A DNA stretch of 9,834 nt from a virus (lineage: Duplodnaviria; Heunggongvirae; Uroviricota; Caudoviricetes): the IMG/VR virus record IMGVR_UViG_2526164631_000019; one strand, 5' to 3'. Positions 7,540 through 9,834 of this stretch are shown one piece after another (position 1 is the first letter of the stretch; each line of letters starts with the position of its first letter). The notes beneath the pieces were generated by a model, which saw only the letters and a list, made by a program, of their open reading frames with translations, searched no databases and was not told the DNA's origin. Both the position numbers and the translations under genes were made by a program.

Positions 7540-7884
7540 GCGGCAAAACGGAATGTGGGCACAGGAGATAATCAGATACCGGATATGGGAGCATTCGCTT
7601 CTGGTTCGGGATGGTTCAGGCTACCAGGTGGATATATTGTTCAGTTTGGCACTTTTGCAGGAAACACGACCCGCTTTATCAGTGGACACTTCCCTATACC
7701 ATTCCCTAATCAGCCGATGGTTTCAGTCAGTGTTATGTCTGATGCCGTTCAGTCAGACCCGTCGATTCCTGCCCCGCAGGTTTTGTCTGTAAATTTTGAA
7801 CATATCAGTAATTCAGCGTGGCGTGTGGCAACCAGTGATATCTCACAGCAATACAGATTCAGTTATATTTCGATAGGACGGTAG
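7528..7884 (+). CDS. Silent alternative tail-fibre C-terminal cassette (no start codon of its own; expressed only after inversion)
   Basis: An open frame starts at the crossover core and encodes [62 protein letters not shown]...[12 protein letters not shown], ending at TAG 7882-7884. The first codons (GGT TTA GGA GAA = GLGE) match those just inside the site in the expressed fibre gene. A tail-fibre assembly gene follows 2 nt downstream. Confidence 0.7.
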   Translation, partial: [118 protein letters not shown]

Positions 7885-7886
7885 AA

Positions 7887-8327
7887 ATGCAGAAATATAT
7901 TTTCAGTGCCGATAAAAATGCGTTTTTCCCTGTGGAGCTTAAAATCGCTTATCAGGAATCCGGCGAATGGCCCGATGATGGAATCGAAATTGACGACACT
8001 GTTGCTGCCGAATTTATGAAGGAAGCACCAGAAGGAAAATACAGAGGTGTCATCGACGGAATGCCTGCATGGATTGATATTCCACCGCCAACTCATGAGG
8101 AACAAATTGCCGCAGCCGAACTGAAAAAGCAGCAATTGATTAATCAGGTCAACGAATACATAAACAGTAAGCAATGGCCTGGTAAAGCGGCGATTGGTCG
8201 CCTGAAAGGTGAGGAACTGGTGCAATATAATTTGTGGCTGGATTATCTGGACGCACTGGAACTGGTCGATACTTCCGGTGCGCCAGATATTGAATGGCCT
8301 ACGCCTCCGGCAGTTCAGGCCAGATGA
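7887..8327 (+). CDS. Tail fibre assembly protein (Tfa), partner of the silent cassette
   Basis: 146-aa ORF with AGGA 8 nt upstream of the ATG. The C-terminus LVDTSGAPDIEWPTPP is the Tfa-type motif also found in the convergent Tfa (TDTSTAPDVIWPELP). Its position directly after a fibre cassette fits the role. Confidence 0.85.
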   Translation: MQKYIFSADKNAFFPVELKIAYQESGEWPDDGIEIDDTVAAEFMKEAPEGKYRGVIDGMPAWIDIPPPTHEEQIAAAELKKQQLINQVNEYINSKQWPGKAAIGRLKGEELVQYNLWLDYLDALELVDTSGAPDIEWPTPPAVQAR

Positions 8328-8892
8328 CATCCGGTGCGGTGCTGGTATCTGTTGCCGTCACCGCGTCAATATAATCCAGCACAGCGTTAAGTCGGGTGTT
8401 TTCTGGCTGCGTCAGCTTCCGCACGGCCTGTAATTTCAGTTGAATCAGACTGATGGAAGCCATTGCAGCATCAATCAGCGACTGGCGCTTTACTTCTGCC
8501 GCGTCTAGTGCGGCGCTATGCTGTGCCTCGGTATCCGTCACCCATTTCTCACCATCCCATTTATCGTATGGCGTTAACGGTGAAAGCGTGACATAACCGT
8601 CTTTGATGGCACCGATATAATCCACTGTAACAGCTGCGCCATTTTCGATTGAGTAAACAGTCTCATTGCGGTGGTCTTCTTCATGGCTCCATCCCTTACC
8701 CGTAAATACTGCCACTCTTCCCGGAATGTATTCGCCCGGGTCAATACCAGTGGAACAAGCGGGCATACTTACGCCAGTATTAATATATTCATCAGACCAG
8801 CCAGTATATTCATACGTAACTGCCTCATAATAAAAACAACGCATATTACCCGGTACTGTAGCCAGCCCATTTTCATCAAAAACAGGTTTCAT
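8299..8892 (-). CDS. Tail fibre assembly protein (Tfa), partner of the currently expressed fibre C-terminus
   Basis: 197-aa ORF whose ATG overlaps the fibre stop codon by 1 nt (TAATG). The C-terminal motif is TDTSTAPDVIWPELPEA. It lies inside the invertible segment. Confidence 0.85.
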   Translation of the reverse strand: MKPVFDENGLATVPGNMRCFYYEAVTYEYTGWSDEYINTGVSMPACSTGIDPGEYIPGRVAVFTGKGWSHEEDHRNETVYSIENGAAVTVDYIGAIKDGYVTLSPLTPYDKWDGEKWVTDTEAQHSAALDAAEVKRQSLIDAAMASISLIQLKLQAVRKLTQPENTRLNAVLDYIDAVTATDTSTAPDVIWPELPEA

Positions 8893-9834
8893 TATTTAGC
8901 CCTCACTAGAAAGTTAAATGCAATATTTCGTGGGCGGGTTTCTGTACCTACATTTCCACTAATTTCACCATAACGTTTAACGCTACGAGAGCTAATAGCT
9001 CGTAGTGAGGAAGGCACCCTAAGACCGGGTTCGTCCGTTTTAACTATTCCCCCGTCACCATATGTAGCCAGTATTCCTGGGTTTACTCCTTCCCGTGTAC
9101 TTCCTGCGACAAGCCCGTCCCCCGTCCACAATTCCATATTGTGTGCATGATCCATAATTGTGTGTGATTGCCCTGAAAGTAGGGTACGTCCGACATCAAT
9201 CCCGCGTCCGTCATCCCAGATACGAATGAAATCACCGCGTGCGTCAGGTAATGCCAGCGCCGGAAACACTTTCGCCAGCACAGGGTAATCAGTGGCAGAG
9301 AATTTCGCGCCGTTGAACTTCAAAAACACCATGCTGGACCAGCTATCGATTACGGTATCTGGCATTGCTGCGGACGGCCAGAAGAACGGAACGCCAATAG
9401 CTGGAGCACCTTCTCCCAAACCAAGGTAATCAAGAACTCCCTGAGTGCTGGTTTTACCAAGAATGGCACGTCCAACACTTGTCAACGCGGTTAACGCGGC
9501 ACGATCTGCCCCTGTAAAATATGGGAGTTTATCTGCTGATGTAGCAAGCTCCGCCAGCGCCGTCAGGGTGGCATCCTTCGGTTGCTTACCCGCAAGCGCG
9601 TTAGTCATGGTGGTCGCAAAATTCGGGTCATTGCCCAGCGCCGCAGCCAGTTCGTTCAGCGTGTTCAGTGCATCAGGTGACGAATCTACAAGTGCGGCAA
9701 TCGCAGCCATAACGAAAGCCGTGCTTGCGATCTGGGTACTATTAGTCCCCTGTGGCGCTGTTGGTGTTGTTGGCGTTCCGGTCAGTGCCGGGCTGTTTAA
9801 TGGTGCTTTCTTGTTCGTTTCATCCATTACCGCC
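8892..9834 (-). CDS. Tail fibre protein (P2 gpH-like constant region fused to variable C-terminal domain); 5' end beyond right edge of window
   Basis: The frame is open to the window edge, so the Met at 9827 is internal. The constant part (DETNKKAPLNSPALTGTPTTPT...NTLNELAAALGNDPNFATTMTNALAGKQPKDATLTALA) resembles P2-type fibres as recalled. The part downstream of the crossover site contains a tail-collar-like motif (LPDARGDFIRIWDDGRGIDVGRTL). Confidence 0.9.
   Translation of the reverse strand, partial: AVMDETNKKAPLNSPALTGTPTTPTAPQGTNSTQIASTAFVMAAIAALVDSSPDALNTLNELAAALGNDPNFATTMTNALAGKQPKDATLTALAELATSADKLPYFTGADRAALTALTSVGRAILGKTSTQGVLDYLGLGEGAPAIGVPFFWPSAAMPDTVIDSWSSMVFLKFNGAKFSATDYPVLAKVFPALALPDARGDFIRIWDDGRGIDVGRTLLSGQSHTIMDHAHNMELWTGDGLVAGSTREGVNPGILATYGDGGIVKTDEPGLRVPSSLRAISSRSVKRYGEISGNVGTETRPRNIAFNFLVRAK
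9411..9436. repeat. Crossover site 2 for the invertase, inside the fibre coding sequence
   Basis: TTCTCCCAAACC AA GGTAATCAAGAA is inverted relative to site 1. The half-site inside the segment matches the reverse complement of site 1 at 11 of 12 positions, and the core AA is identical. On the minus strand it encodes VLDYL-GLGE with the core in codon positions 2-3, the same phase as at site 1. Confidence 0.8.

Larger units (their letters stand above)
7527..9423. mobile_element. Invertible DNA segment of about 1.9 kb (G-segment / C-segment / P-segment analogue) controlling the tail-fibre C-terminus
   Basis: Bounded by inverted 26-bp sites at 7514-7539 and 9411-9436 that share the core AA/TT. 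It contains two oppositely oriented fibre C-terminal cassettes and two convergent tail-fibre assembly genes, with the invertase gene immediately adjacent. Confidence 0.8.

Noticed and set aside
7863-8330. 155-aa minus-strand ORF antisense to the plus-strand Tfa gene
   Set aside because: It is entirely antisense to a gene with a good ribosome-binding site and a recognisable Tfa motif, and its own translation has no recognisable motif.
8871-8896. Palindrome AAAACAGGTTT at the fibre-stop / Tfa-start junction as a possible third crossover site
   Set aside because: Its central dinucleotide would be AG, not AA/TT, the flanking arms do not match the half-site consensus, and the sequence is explained by the TAATG junction and the first Tfa codons.
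1-9834. CRISPR arrays, tRNA or rRNA genes, IS elements or integrase
   Set aside because: There are no regularly spaced direct repeats, no cloverleaf-compatible conserved tRNA motifs, and no transposase-like or tyrosine-recombinase-like ORFs. The only recombinase is the serine invertase.

Overview
This window is a P2-type contractile-tail gene cluster from an enterobacterial prophage or tailocin-like element (roughly 50% GC), ending in a tail-fibre inversion switch. Left to right: a gpD-like tail protein on the minus strand (runs off the left edge, apparently frameshifted), then on the plus strand tail sheath (apparent frameshift), tail tube (apparent frameshift at a G7 tract), the chaperone pair E/E+E' with a slippery site, tape measure and gpU. 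A perfect hairpin terminator separates gpU from a convergent Hin/Gin/Cin/Pin-family serine DNA invertase (minus). The invertase start lies 68 bp from a 26-bp hix/gix-like crossover site; a second, inverted copy sits inside the minus-strand tail-fibre gene. Together they bound a ~1.9 kb invertible segment holding two unrelated fibre C-terminal cassettes (one expressed, one silent) and two convergent tail-fibre assembly genes. The fibre constant region runs off the right edge. No rRNA, tRNA, CRISPR array or IS element was seen. The switch belongs to a well-known class (Mu G segment, P1 C segment, e14 P segment), so I do not claim a new system; the most unusual points are three disrupted structural genes beside an intact switch and a sheath-to-U block inverted relative to P2 synteny. 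All homology calls are from reading the translations and recalling family motifs; no database search was run.
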